Shown: positions 20,158 to 30,059 of the stretch, piece by piece
Layout of the letters: each line of letters begins with the position of its first letter
How positions within the stretch are numbered: position 1 is the stretch's first letter
From: an uncultured Verrucomicrobiae bacterium
GTDB taxonomy: Bacteria; Verrucomicrobiota; Verrucomicrobiia; Chthoniobacterales; UBA10450
Length of the DNA: 64,000 nt
NCBI GenBank assembly: GCA_963772365.1
Contig: CAVYXA010000001.1
Coordinates: 480,001-544,000, forward strand
Direction: 5' to 3'
Program-made: the position numbers and the translations under genes
The notes under the pieces: generated by a model
The model's input: the letters and a program-made list of their open reading frames with translations, nothing else
Told to the model about the DNA's origin: nothing
Databases searched by the model: none

Positions 20158-20583
20158 TCAGTTTTGCCTAAGAAACTTAATCAATTCGTTAAGCGTAGTG
20201 TTCAATTGTGCCTTACCTTTGTCACTCATGTGCCCTGGGGCCATATTGATTATCTTAGTGACCAAAGCTTTGTATTGTTCTTGCCTAGATCGAGGGTAGT
20301 CCAATTCGACAACGGTCGCCTTTGCAATCAGTTCAATCCTGAAATCATCAAAAAGTTCAAACACGTTGCGAGACAAGTTGGCTTCAGGGACGTATTTCGG
20401 GCGATTAGCTTCGAAGTCAGATTTCCAAGCATTTAGAAAGGCGAGCAACTCAACTTTGCGTCGACGTTGATCACGACGACTAGCAAAATAGTTGGCGACA
20501 AAAGCGCCCGAAATTGCTCCACCAATGCTCCCAAAAGCGATAATAACAAACACTTCCTCAATTGTGTCCCAGTTCATCGACAT
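20158..20583 (-). CDS. Hypothetical protein with N-terminal TM helix
   Basis: 141 aa ORF in AT-richer DNA, RBS-like GGAGGT upstream. Confidence 0.7.
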   Translation of the reverse strand: MSMNWDTIEEVFVIIAFGSIGGAISGAFVANYFASRRDQRRRKVELLAFLNAWKSDFEANRPKYVPEANLSRNVFELFDDFRIELIAKATVVELDYPRSRQEQYKALVTKIINMAPGHMSDKGKAQLNTTLNELIKFLRQN

Positions 20584-20798
20584 TTACCTCCTGCTCGCGG
20601 TGTTGGGTTTTATTGGAGGACTCATCGGCGGGCCTTTGCGGGTCGTAGTCTATGTCGGAACGCAATCAGCGGTCGACTTCCTAAAAGCGACGATGGAAAA
20701 GGCTCAACTCCGAATTAGGAGCAGACTAGAAAAACCATACCCAACCAACCCCAACGCCTAGCGATTGGTGCTGGTAGGGTTTGATTATGGAAATTCTA

Positions 20799-21371
20799 TT
20801 ATTCCGATCTAGCTCGATGAAGCCAGCGCGCGGTTCCGTCAGCTTGGTAAGCCAAGGTGAATCGAAAACCTTGCATCTTTTTCGTCCTGATGAATGTCGA
20901 ATAGTAGACGTTTACATTAATATCTCCCAGTCTGTACTGCATCTCGTTTCGGTAAAAAGGCATCCGGACTGTCACTGTGGCTGTTTCCTTTGCGTCCAAA
21001 TTCGGTATTTCCGGTGCCGAATCGTCAAACTGCATTCCCTCGATTCTGCCGCCGTAAATATTTTCAACTTTGCTGACACCGACCATTCGACGTACGTGAT
21101 AAATTGGCAGCCACCCTTCGTTTGTAATCTTGAAGATCGCGGGGAACGGATGTTGAGGATCGAGCGGCCTCTCGATCTCTACGGAAACACTTGATTGAAA
21201 TGAAAAGTAGGTCGTCGCGATTGTCATCAAAGCCAATAGCCAAAAGATTGGGCCGACAGGAGAAAATATCAGACCAAATAATCTTCTTACTTTGTTCCTT
21301 CGGTTTCGCTGCCGCTGTTTTTGCCATTTCAGTCTTCGTAGGTCTCTTGCTCGCTTGCCTCTTTTAGACAT
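20799..21371 (-). CDS. Passenger hypothetical protein (basic N-terminus, one TM helix)
   Basis: 190 aa ORF ending 8 bp inside the left TIR boundary. Confidence 0.7.
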   Translation of the reverse strand: MSKRGKRARDLRRLKWQKQRQRNRRNKVRRLFGLIFSPVGPIFWLLALMTIATTYFSFQSSVSVEIERPLDPQHPFPAIFKITNEGWLPIYHVRRMVGVSKVENIYGGRIEGMQFDDSAPEIPNLDAKETATVTVRMPFYRNEMQYRLGDINVNVYYSTFIRTKKMQGFRFTLAYQADGTARWLHRARSE

Positions 21372-21388
21372 TGACTGTATTAAGCTTT

Positions 21389-21577
21389 GTGCCTAAACGC
21401 GACACAAGCCAAGAAGCCTTGCGGCAAGTCGAGCAGATCACCGGCAGCAAGCCGGTCCGAGGAGAAACCTTGCTCCGGTCGCGGAAGTTAAAGCAACAGC
21501 TTAGAGAAGCTAGAAAGCGCGAAAAAGACCGTCATGTAAAGGCTAGCAGGCCGCCGAAGACAAGACGCTCGGACTAA
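21389..21577 (+). CDS. Small basic hypothetical protein
   Basis: GTG start, MPKRDTSQEALRQVEQITG...; Lys/Arg-rich. Confidence 0.55.
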   Translation: MPKRDTSQEALRQVEQITGSKPVRGETLLRSRKLKQQLREARKREKDRHVKASRPPKTRRSD

Positions 21578-21624
21578 TTCTTTGTCCTTGCATTTGTATT
21601 GCATCTGCTCCAAGGTTCCTGACT

Positions 21625-22041
21625 ATGACCGGGGATGACATTCGGAGCATCGAAGAACGCGAGGCGCTTCTTGATAAAGAAATTACTGAAAGGCAGAAGC
21701 TAAAAGACGCCTATCGCCTTGTTCGAGAGGACTTGGCGCGGAGCCACGGACAAAACGGAAGCGCCAGCCAGGATGATGCGGTTGGGCTATGGCCGGAGCT
21801 ATCTGGGCAGGGCGACAAGGAGTACGGGCGCAATACGAAGCTCGTGCGACTGGCTATCTCCAAAATGACAGACGATTACCACATTCGTGATATTTATGCG
21901 TTTCTGCGCGGTCACGGTTACCAGATCGGAATGAGCGCGATCGGAATAGTTCTCAATCGCTTGAAGAAAACCGGCGAAATCAAAGAGCGTGTGCCGGGAA
22001 GCGGGCGCAGACCGGCTTTGTACAGAAAACGAAGATTATGA
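21625..22041 (+). CDS. Coiled-coil plus winged-HTH-like protein
   Basis: N-terminal heptad-like helix; C-terminal IRDIYAFL...IGIVLNRLKKTGEIK...GRRPALY wHTH-like pattern. Confidence 0.7.
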   Translation: MTGDDIRSIEEREALLDKEITERQKLKDAYRLVREDLARSHGQNGSASQDDAVGLWPELSGQGDKEYGRNTKLVRLAISKMTDDYHIRDIYAFLRGHGYQIGMSAIGIVLNRLKKTGEIKERVPGSGRRPALYRKRRL

Positions 22042-22160
22042 AGTTAGACCGACAGCGCAAGGCGACATCAGCCCGGTCGTAACCTAGCGCAATGATACAA
22101 AAGGCACCGGGCCGCGTGGTTGAATCCTACTAAGACTGCCACGCGGCCCGGAAGGGCAAT

Positions 22161-22230
22161 GGGGATACCGGGTAGGCGGGCACGCCCTATAAGCAACGCC
22201 CGGTGGGTTCAACTCCCACTATCTCCACCA
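22161..22230 (+). ncRNA. tRNA-like RNA (acceptor stem, T arm, CCA; no canonical D or anticodon arms)
   Basis: GGGGATA pairs with TATCTCC; T arm GTGGG-TTCAACT-CCCAC; encoded ACCA end; G3:U70 pair. Confidence 0.75.
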
Positions 22231-22240
22231 CTTTCTTGTA

Positions 22241-22417
22241 TTACGGAATATCACGAGTTGACCGTTCTATCAAGCAATTTCTGGCCCACTCTCTAACCTT
22301 CTGGCCAGCGCGTTTGGCAGCGCGAGTCATTGCGGTGAGTTCATCCTGAGAGAAACGCAGAGAGAAAACGCTTTTCGTCTTTCGCTTTGGCAATTTAGGT
22401 CTTCCCCGTTTTGGCAT
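22241..22417 (-). CDS. Small ribbon-helix-helix-like DNA-binding protein
   Basis: 58 aa, below the ORF-track cutoff: MPKTGRPKLPKRKTKSVFSLRFSQDELTAMTRAAKRAGQKVREWARNCLIERSTRDIP; GRP motif, alternating beta strand, two helices. Confidence 0.75.
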   Translation of the reverse strand: MPKRGRPKLPKRKTKSVFSLRFSQDELTAMTRAAKRAGQKVREWARNCLIERSTRDIP

Positions 22418-22423
22418 AATTAT

Positions 22424-22476
22424 TTTTCGTAATACGAAAATTAGTGTTGACGGTAGTTTAATTTTTGTATTACATT
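22424..22476. promoter_or_regulatory. Operator palindrome and sigma70-like promoter between the RHH gene and transposase
   Basis: TTTTCGTA-A-TACGAAAA (22424-22440); TTGACG (22447) N18 TACATT (22471); second GTATTAC overlaps the -10. Confidence 0.6.
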
Positions 22477-22496
22477 AAATCAAGCTAAAAATTTGT

Positions 22497-23423
22497 ATGA
22501 ATAAACGATTGAGCAAAGAACGGCAGTCTTTAGTTTTGGCGGCGCTCTGTGAAGGAGCACCAATCAACGCAGTTTGCCGGATGTTCCGCGCTGATAAAGC
22601 GGCGGTGCTGCGCATCGTTCGTGAGACCGGCGAAGCATTTATCGACTACATGGACAAAGAATTTCGCGACTTGCCGTGTGTTCGCATCGAAATGGACGAG
22701 CAATGGCAGTATGTTGGCTGTCACGCGGGCCGGATGCCAAAGCCGACGACCGTTTATGGGAAGCGCGACAATACGCGCGGCGACTTTTGGTTGTGGGCCT
22801 GCATCGACGCGGACACGAAGTTGATTTTCTCGCATCGTGTCGGCAAGCGTGATCGCTGGACAGGCCGCGAGTTTGTTGCTGATGTGCGCCAGCGCGTGAA
22901 AGGGCCGGTGCAGATCGCCACAGATAATTTCAAGCAATACCCGTGGCACATCCGCGAGGCTTTCGGTTACGAGGGTTTCAGCTACGGAATGGAAACAAAG
23001 GTATTCGGCGAGCCGGAAATGCTTGACGGCACGCTGGCGCGTCTTGGAAAGAACGAGGGCGTTCGCAAGATGATGACAGCGGAGCGGAAAGCACTAGTAG
23101 GCTCGCCGGACTTAGGCAGCCTCACCACTTCGCACATTGAGCGGGCTTTCTTGACCGTTCGCCAAGAATTGAAGCGATTCCAGCGCAAGGGGCTTGGCTA
23201 CAGCAAAACAGTCGAAATGCACAAGGCGGCGGTCGCAATGTTCCTTGGCGTTTACAATTTCGTCCGTCGTCACGAGACACTGAAAACAACGCCAGCGGTC
23301 GCAGCAGGCGTGGAATTGAAAGCGTGGCGTTTAGAAGACGTGGTTGAAATGAAAGACGCCTACGTGCGCCGGACAGAGGACGCGAAATTTGAAGCAGCAT
23401 TCGCCAAGCTTGAAAAACCATAA
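22497..23423 (+). CDS. IS1-family-like DDE transposase
   Basis: N-terminal HTH; EMDEQW, ATDNF and SHIER catalytic segments; YNFVRRH..L..TPA.AAGV C-terminal motif; stop lies within the right TIR. Confidence 0.92.
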   Translation: MNKRLSKERQSLVLAALCEGAPINAVCRMFRADKAAVLRIVRETGEAFIDYMDKEFRDLPCVRIEMDEQWQYVGCHAGRMPKPTTVYGKRDNTRGDFWLWACIDADTKLIFSHRVGKRDRWTGREFVADVRQRVKGPVQIATDNFKQYPWHIREAFGYEGFSYGMETKVFGEPEMLDGTLARLGKNEGVRKMMTAERKALVGSPDLGSLTTSHIERAFLTVRQELKRFQRKGLGYSKTVEMHKAAVAMFLGVYNFVRRHETLKTTPAVAAGVELKAWRLEDVVEMKDAYVRRTEDAKFEAAFAKLEKP

Positions 23424-23553
23424 CCAAAGCCTACCAACACCTAGCGATTTTATATGACATATATTGTCTGATGTTGTTAAAGCATAGGTTAGATTTTGCG
23501 CGCCTTTACTTCCCGGCTCCCTACGCTGGGGATTCCGTTCGAAGATCGCCCGC

Positions 23554-24513
23554 CTACGTTTGCAATGGCGGAGGTTCGGGCGGCGGCGAAGTCGTAGGCG
23601 GCGCTGGCGGCGAAATTCCCTGCCAGACATCGTAATCGGGGCCGAATTGGCGGAGAAACATCAGTGTGAATCCGTAAAGAGTGACCGGAATCGGCAAGAG
23701 AATCACCGTGCCGATGTATGGAATCGCCGCAATGCAGCAGGTCACACAAACCACGGCGCAACCAACGATGGCCGCACAAATCGCGATCAGGATAAAAAAC
23801 AGCAGGAAAAGAAGAATTGGCCCAGGATGCGCGTTGATCAGCCCAATGCTTTCCACAAACGCCTGACGCGCCCGGCAACGCTGGCGATACATGATCGGCA
23901 CCATGAAATGCGAGATGACGGTCCACGCGATGGAAATCGCCACGACAAAAAGGAGGAAGAACCCAAGCGCGATCCAAAACCAGAAGGTCGGTTTTGGATG
24001 AGGGCCGTGGAGAACCAAAGGCGCGATGACCGGCAGAATGGCGAGGATGACGAGGGTGAAGATCGCCAGAGCAATCACGAGCGAAAACAGAAAAAAACTG
24101 TTCCCCTCTGTCCGGAATTCGTTCCATGGCCCGACGATCGCGCCGCGGTTATGCATGATGCAATCGGTGAACATGAAGCGGCCACGCGCGCCGATCCATT
24201 TGAGAACAATGACGATCGCAAGAAGAATCAAAGCGCCGATAACGATCAACGCGATGATCGGCCAATCCACATTTCCGATCGGTCCGATCTCATGAAATTT
24301 CCTTGCGATCTCGCGCCGGTCGTCACGCGAGGACCAGGCCGAGAAGGGATTCCCGTGAATTCCAAAGCCGCCGGCAAAATTCGCTAGGAAAGCGGCGAAA
24401 CCGATGACGAACCATTTCTTAATGTCGAATGGTTGAAAAAGGATTTTCTTCATCAGGTCGAAGGCTTCGCCGAAAGGCTTGAAGATCTCGATTCTGGGTT
24501 CAGGGCCGTTCAT
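23554..24513 (-). CDS. Multi-pass membrane protein of unknown function
   Basis: Several TM helices, Pro-rich C-terminus; ATG at 24513. Confidence 0.8.
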   Translation of the reverse strand: MNGPEPRIEIFKPFGEAFDLMKKILFQPFDIKKWFVIGFAAFLANFAGGFGIHGNPFSAWSSRDDRREIARKFHEIGPIGNVDWPIIALIVIGALILLAIVIVLKWIGARGRFMFTDCIMHNRGAIVGPWNEFRTEGNSFFLFSLVIALAIFTLVILAILPVIAPLVLHGPHPKPTFWFWIALGFFLLFVVAISIAWTVISHFMVPIMYRQRCRARQAFVESIGLINAHPGPILLFLLFFILIAICAAIVGCAVVCVTCCIAAIPYIGTVILLPIPVTLYGFTLMFLRQFGPDYDVWQGISPPAPPTTSPPPEPPPLQT

Positions 24514-24562
24514 GCGTGCGATTCCAATCCGTCTCGTTAAGAGAAGCAAGCTTTCCGCGCGC

Positions 24563-24613
24563 TGGAGGGATGCGCTTCCGCGCGTCCGGGACATGCGGAA
24601 GCATGTCTCTCCG
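24563..24613. repeat. GGAG-type REP doublet
   Basis: GGAG-GGATGCGCTTCCGCGCGTCC / GGACATGCGGAAGCATGTCT-CTCC. Confidence 0.65.
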
Positions 24614-24849
24614 AAGTCTTCAGTCTTTTATTCGCCTGATTTGCGTGATCCGCGGGCTCAATCAGTTCCGAAATAACGATCGCCGGCATCCCCAGCCCGG
24701 GCACGATATAGCCGGAGCGATTCAGTTGTCGCGAGAGCGCAAGATCGACAATTTGGCCGCCACCAGCGAATGCTCGACGACTGTAACCGCTGAGTTTCGT
24801 TCCACCGCTGTTGGGTTTACCGTAAGAGAACGCAAAACACAGGGAAAAG

Positions 24850-26845
24850 GTGTCGATGTTGCATTCAGAAAAAGCTCACAGCCGCAAAACAGCCGATCAA
24901 CGAAGGAAAGGCGTGGTCACAATCGAACGCCGATACCCGATCGGCGCAGAAATCATTAGCCCGACCGAGGCGCATTTTCGGGTTTGGGCGCCAAAAGCGC
25001 AGAGGGTTGATGTCGTTCTGGAAAAAAGCGCGGCAAAAAATGCGCAGCGAATATTTCAGCCGCTGCAACGCGAAGATGATGGATACCATTCCGGAGTTGC
25101 TGAGGCTGGGCCAGGCGCGCTTTACCGATTCCGGGTGAACGAGGCCGAACATTTTCATCCCGATCCGGCGTCGCGATTTCAGCCAGATGGACCGCACGGA
25201 TCCTCTTGCATTGTCGATCCAACCCAATTTCGCTGGACCGATTCGGACTGGCTCGGATGCAAACTCAAGGGTCAGATCATTTATGAAATGCACATCGGCA
25301 CGTTCACGAAAGAAGGAACCTGGTCCGCTGCTGCCGAGCAATTGGCAGAACTCAAGCGCATCGGGATCACAGCGATCGAGATGATGCCAATCGCGGATTT
25401 CCCCGGAAAATTCGGCTGGGGCTATGATGGAGTCGATCTTTTCGCGCCGGCGCATCAATACGGCATGCCGGATGATTTGCGTGCATTCGTCAATCACGCT
25501 CATGAGCTGGGTTTATCGGTGATTCTCGACGTCGTTTACAATCATCTCGGGCCCGACGGAAATTATCTTCGCGTCTATTCCGACGATTATTTCACCAGAC
25601 GTTACGAGAACGACTGGGGCGATTCGCTCAATTTCGATGGACCGAATTCCGGGCCGGTCCGTGAATTTTTCATCACCAACGCTCGCTACTGGGTCGACGA
25701 ATTCCATTTCGACGGCTTTCGCTTTGATGCGACGCAGGATATCAAAGACAAATCCGATAACTACATTTTGGGCGAGATTGCCCAGATGGCCCGGGAAACC
25801 GCGGCGCCGCGATCGATTATTCTCGTGGCCGAGAATGAGCCACAGGAAACCAAATTGATTCAACCGCGTGCTGCCGGAGGAGACGATCTCGACGGACTCT
25901 GGAATGACGATTTTCATCACGCGGCATTGGTGGCATCTGACCGGTCGGGCGGAAGCTTATTACACAGATTACCGTGGCAGCCCGCAGGAATTTATTTCAG
26001 CTGCGAAATACGGTTACCTTTACCAAGGACAACCTTACATGTGGCAGGAGGCGCCGCGCGGCACGCCAGCCTACGGGACGCCGCCGGAAGCGTTCGTCTG
26101 CTTCATCGAAAACCACGATCAGATCTCGAATACTTCGACCGGCGACCGGCTTCGATTCCAAACCTCGCCCGGGCGTTATCGGGCGATGACGGCTTTGCTC
26201 TTGCTTGGGCCGTGGACGCCAATGCTGTTTCAAGGCGAAGAATTTGGATCGTCGAGTCCATTTATCTATTTCACCGATGTCGGCGATGAGACTTTGCAGG
26301 AAGCGATCCGGAAAGGTCGCTTCGAATTTCTGGCGCAATTTCCATCGATTGCCCATAAGGAAACGCAACGGCGCCTGGCGGACCCGTTCGATCCTGAAAT
26401 GGTCGCGCGCTGCCAGCTCGATTTTTCCGAGCGCGAAAAAAATCACGAGTTCTATGAGCTGCATGTCGATCTTATCCGATTGCGCCATCAGGATTCGCGT
26501 TTCCGCGAACAAATTGCCGGCGGCGTTGATGGCGCTGTGTTAAACCGGGAAAGTTTTGTTCTGCGCTATTTTGCCAAAAACAACGACGATCGCTTATTGG
26601 TTGTGAATCTGGGGCGCCAACAGCGCATGGAACCTGCGCCGGAGCCCCTGCTCGCCCCCCCGCTCGGCTTCGAATGGGAACGCGTTTGGTCGAGCGAGCT
26701 GCCTGAGATACGGCGGCCCCGGCGAAGTAGCGGTTGTCAACCCAGGAGAGTTGGATTTTGCCGGCGGAAGCGACGGTAGCATTGCGGCTGGTGCCCGAAA
26801 AAGCTCCGCCGCAAAAAACCGAAACGCCGCCGAATCAATGGATAG
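24850..26845 (+). CDS. treZ: Malto-oligosyltrehalose trehalohydrolase (GH13), frameshifted near 25935 and 26705 and probably again near the 3' end
   Basis: FRVWAP, PDPASRFQPDGPHG, WGYDGV, DVVYNH, DGFRFDA, ENHDQ motifs spread over consecutive ORFs. Confidence 0.88.
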
Positions 26846-28895
26846 GGATTATCAACCGGCCGTCGTTCGTTCGATGCGCTGGAGCCAGCGAAAGTTCGCG
26901 CGAAATCCTTCTAACTCGCGAATGGCTCGTCACAAATGGGCTGGGCGGTTACGCGTCAGGGACGGTTTCCGGCGCGGTAACGCGTCGATATCACGGGCTT
27001 TTGATCGCGGCTTTGCCAATACCGCTTGGCCGCGTTCTGATGTGGAGTCATGTATCGGAATTTCTCCGCTTCGGTGAGGACGACGTTGTTTCGCTGGGCG
27101 GAGAAGAACGAGCCGGCGGCCAGCTCGAATTACACGGCGCGGATTTTTTGCACGAGTTTCGGCTGGAAGATGGTCTTCCGATTTGGATTTATCATGTCCG
27201 CGATGTGGTGTTGGAAAAGCGCATCATCCTTCCCCATCAACAAAACAGGTTTACCTCATCTATCGTATTCTCGAAGGCGATACCCGGCCGCGACTGGAAT
27301 TGCATCCGGCTTTTCACTTTCGGCATCACGAGACTGCCGTGAACGAAGGAGAGCCGGGCCCCTACGAGCTAAGCGCCGCTACGGCGACGATACGAGATCT
27401 CAGCCGCCGCGGCGGCAAATTTCCGTCCATTCGAATGACGCTATGCGGATACCAGTCTCCTTTCACCATCGCGCGAAAAACAATTCACCAGGTGGTCTAT
27501 CGCATCGAGCAAGGCGCGGCTATGCCCATGAAGGCGACCTATGGAGTCCTGGTTTTTTCCATGTCGATCTTGAGAAAGACGGAATCGGCGACGTTGGTTG
27601 GCTCGACGGAAAGGTGGGACATCGTTGAGCTTCTCGCACCAGCGGAAGCTCAGGCCGCCGAACAGGAACGACGAACGCGCCTGCTTCCGCAGAGCAGACC
27701 CGGACGCGCGCAGGCGGTCTTCCGGCGGAATTAGTTTTCGCCGCGGATCAATTTGTGATCACTCCGGGGGGACGAGCCGAAGAAGCGGCGCGTGCACACG
27801 CTTCAGGCGACGAAGCGCGCACCATCATCGCCGGATATCATTGGTTTACCGATTGGGGCCGCGACACCATGATCAGCCTGGAAGGTTTGACGCTTTTGAC
27901 CGGTCGCTGGTTGGAAGCTTGTTACATCCTGCACACTTTCGCCCATTATGTCCGGGACGGTTTGATTCCGAACATGTTTCCCGATGTCGCGAAGGAAGGT
28001 CGATATAATACCGCAGATGCGACCCTTTGGTTTTTCCACGCTCTCAATCGGTATGTAGAACAAACCAACGATCACAACACACTCAAACTCTTGCTCCCGA
28101 CTCTGGTCGACATCGTTGAACACCATTTGCGCGGAACCCGATTCAATATCCATGTCGATCCCAGCAGATGGTTTGCTTTGCCAGGGGCAGGAGGGATATC
28201 AGCTCACCTGGATGGATGCAAAAATGGGTGATTGGGTCGTGACGCCGCGTCGAGGGAAAGCCGTCGAGATAAATGCATTGTGGTATAACGCGCTCTGTCT
28301 TTTGATGAATGGTTGCGGAAATCTGGCGAGAAAGATCCGACGAACGTTACGAGAAATGGGCCGAACAAGCTCGTGCTTCGTTCAACGATCGCTTCTGGTT
28401 CGAAGAGGGCGGTTATCTTTACGACGTTGTCGATGTTAACAACGGAACCGAAGACGATTCTTCCCTACGGCCAAATCAATTTTTGCCATCTCGCTAGAGC
28501 ATCCAATCCTCGATCGCAAACATTGGAAATCCGTCATTGAAGTAGTCGAAGAAAAATTGGTAACGCCGCTCGGATTACGTTCGCTCTCGCCGGATCATCC
28601 CGATTACAAACCGATTTACGGCGGCGATCTGCATTCGCGCGATGGCGCTTATCACCAAGGTACAGTCTGGGCATGGTTAATTGGGCCATTTATCGATGCG
28701 TGGTTGAAAGTTCACCCGCATGAGCGCCATGGCGCGCGCAAATTCCTGGAGCGATTTCCCAAACATTTGAATGAAGCAGGCATCGGAACGATCAGCGAAG
28801 TGTTCGATGCCCGCGCGCCGCACAATCCCGGCGGTTGCATCGCTCAAGCCTGGAGCGTGGCGGAAGTGTTGCGCTGTTGGCTGAAGACGGCGTAA
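26838..28895 (+). CDS. Amylo-alpha-1,6-glucosidase / glycogen debranching enzyme, several frameshifts
   Basis: [60 protein letters not shown] motifs in successive frames. Confidence 0.88.
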
Positions 28896-28955
28896 CAAAG
28901 GTGGCCGGGCGTGCTCGCCGCGAGTTCCCCTGATACATGGTCGCTGTGGACGATT

Positions 28956-29091
28956 TGTCGGTAATTTTTACAGAATCATGCTTGGCTCTTCTGCTCATCA
29001 CGCTAGCTTAATAAAAACATAACGTTATGAACATGAAGGAAATAGCTTTGGAAATATAACGCAAATTCGAGATGCGGGCCCGGGACTTGCT
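28956..29091 (+). promoter_or_regulatory. TGT-N11-ACA enhancer-like box plus sigma54-like promoter
   Basis: TGTCGGTAATTTTTACA (28956-28972); GG-N10-GC in GGGCCCGGGACTTGCT (29076-29091). Confidence 0.55.
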
Positions 29092-29107
29092 AGGAAAATC
29101 TTCCATT

Positions 29108-29865
29108 ATGAAACCGCTACTCAGTATAACAAGTTGGATATTTGCTCTTGCATTTTTCGCTGTTGTGCCGCTCAGCGGCGCCACGGAGATTCATCGTTAC
29201 GATCTCAACGGAACCTATACCGATTTTTATGGTGGGCCTTCGCTTTCGCCAAATGGAGGAACATTACACGCAACAAATTATACTTTTGGCCCAAACCAAG
29301 GTCTCTCGCTGAGCAATGCGCTCACCAACACTGGCAACTATTCGATCTTGATCGATTTCAGTTTCACAGACTTGACCGGTTATAGAAGGATCCTCGATTT
29401 TAAGGATCGTACTAGCGACACCGGCCTGTATAATCTGGATACGGCGCTGAACTTCTATAACCACATAACGGGCCCTCCCGGTGCTTTTGCCACTAATGTG
29501 TTGGCGCGGATGGTTATCACCCGAGACTCAACGACAGACGTTGTCAGCGGGTATGTCAACGGTTTGCCGCAGTTTTCGTTTGTGGACAGCGGCGGTGACG
29601 GGATATTCAGTGGGACGAACGGAATTATGAACTTTTTCATTGATGATTTGGCTGTTGGGAATGAAGCCTCTGCTGGCTTAGTTGACCGAATTTCTATTTA
29701 CGACACCCCGTTAACAGCAGCCGAGGTTCTTGCACTGGGCGGTCCGGGGACTCCCGGGTACCAGAAAGCGGATCCACGATTGCTTTGCTGGGTCTCGGTC
29801 TGGCCGGCGTAATCTTCGCCCGCCGATTGTTGTCTTTCAATGTCAGGCGGATCGCCGACATCTGA
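29108..29865 (+). CDS. Secreted LamG-like protein with VPDSG/PEP-CTERM-like tail (frameshift near 29757)
   Basis: Signal peptide; the alternate frame gives VPESGSTIALLGLGLAGVIFARR tail. Confidence 0.8.
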
Positions 29866-30059
29866 TTCTAACGGCGTTATTCCAAACTCTGTTCCGCACA
29901 TCCTCGCACTAACGTTTACGCGTCGCGATTTCGAGGTGCGAGTTCTGCGCGCCTGGCCTAGAGGCACGTAACGAATTGGCTTGGGCGACATCCCGCTTTG
30001 CGTAGCATAAAATCTGGCAGCAACGCTCAGAATCTCGACCACTTCCGATTTACTGTTTG

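Larger units (their letters stand above)
20767..23441 (+). mobile_element. IS1-family-like transposon with passenger genes (2,675 bp)
   Basis: Left TIR GGTGCTGGTAGGGTTTGATTATGG (20767-20790) matches the reverse complement of 23418-23441 at 21/24; flanked by 8-bp direct repeat TAGCGATT (20759-20766, 23442-23449); DDE transposase inside. Confidence 0.92.

Noticed and set aside
22038..22133. Tiny ORFs MKLDRQRKATSARS and MIQKAPGRVVESY as a tmRNA-like tag frame
   Set aside because: They lie outside the tRNA-like unit and lack an Ala-rich tag ending
22161..22230. Canonical tRNA gene or a prophage att-site tmRNA fragment
   Set aside because: No proper D arm or 7-nt anticodon loop; the matching 5' acceptor strand is present, unlike a 3'-only att duplicate; no integrase nearby
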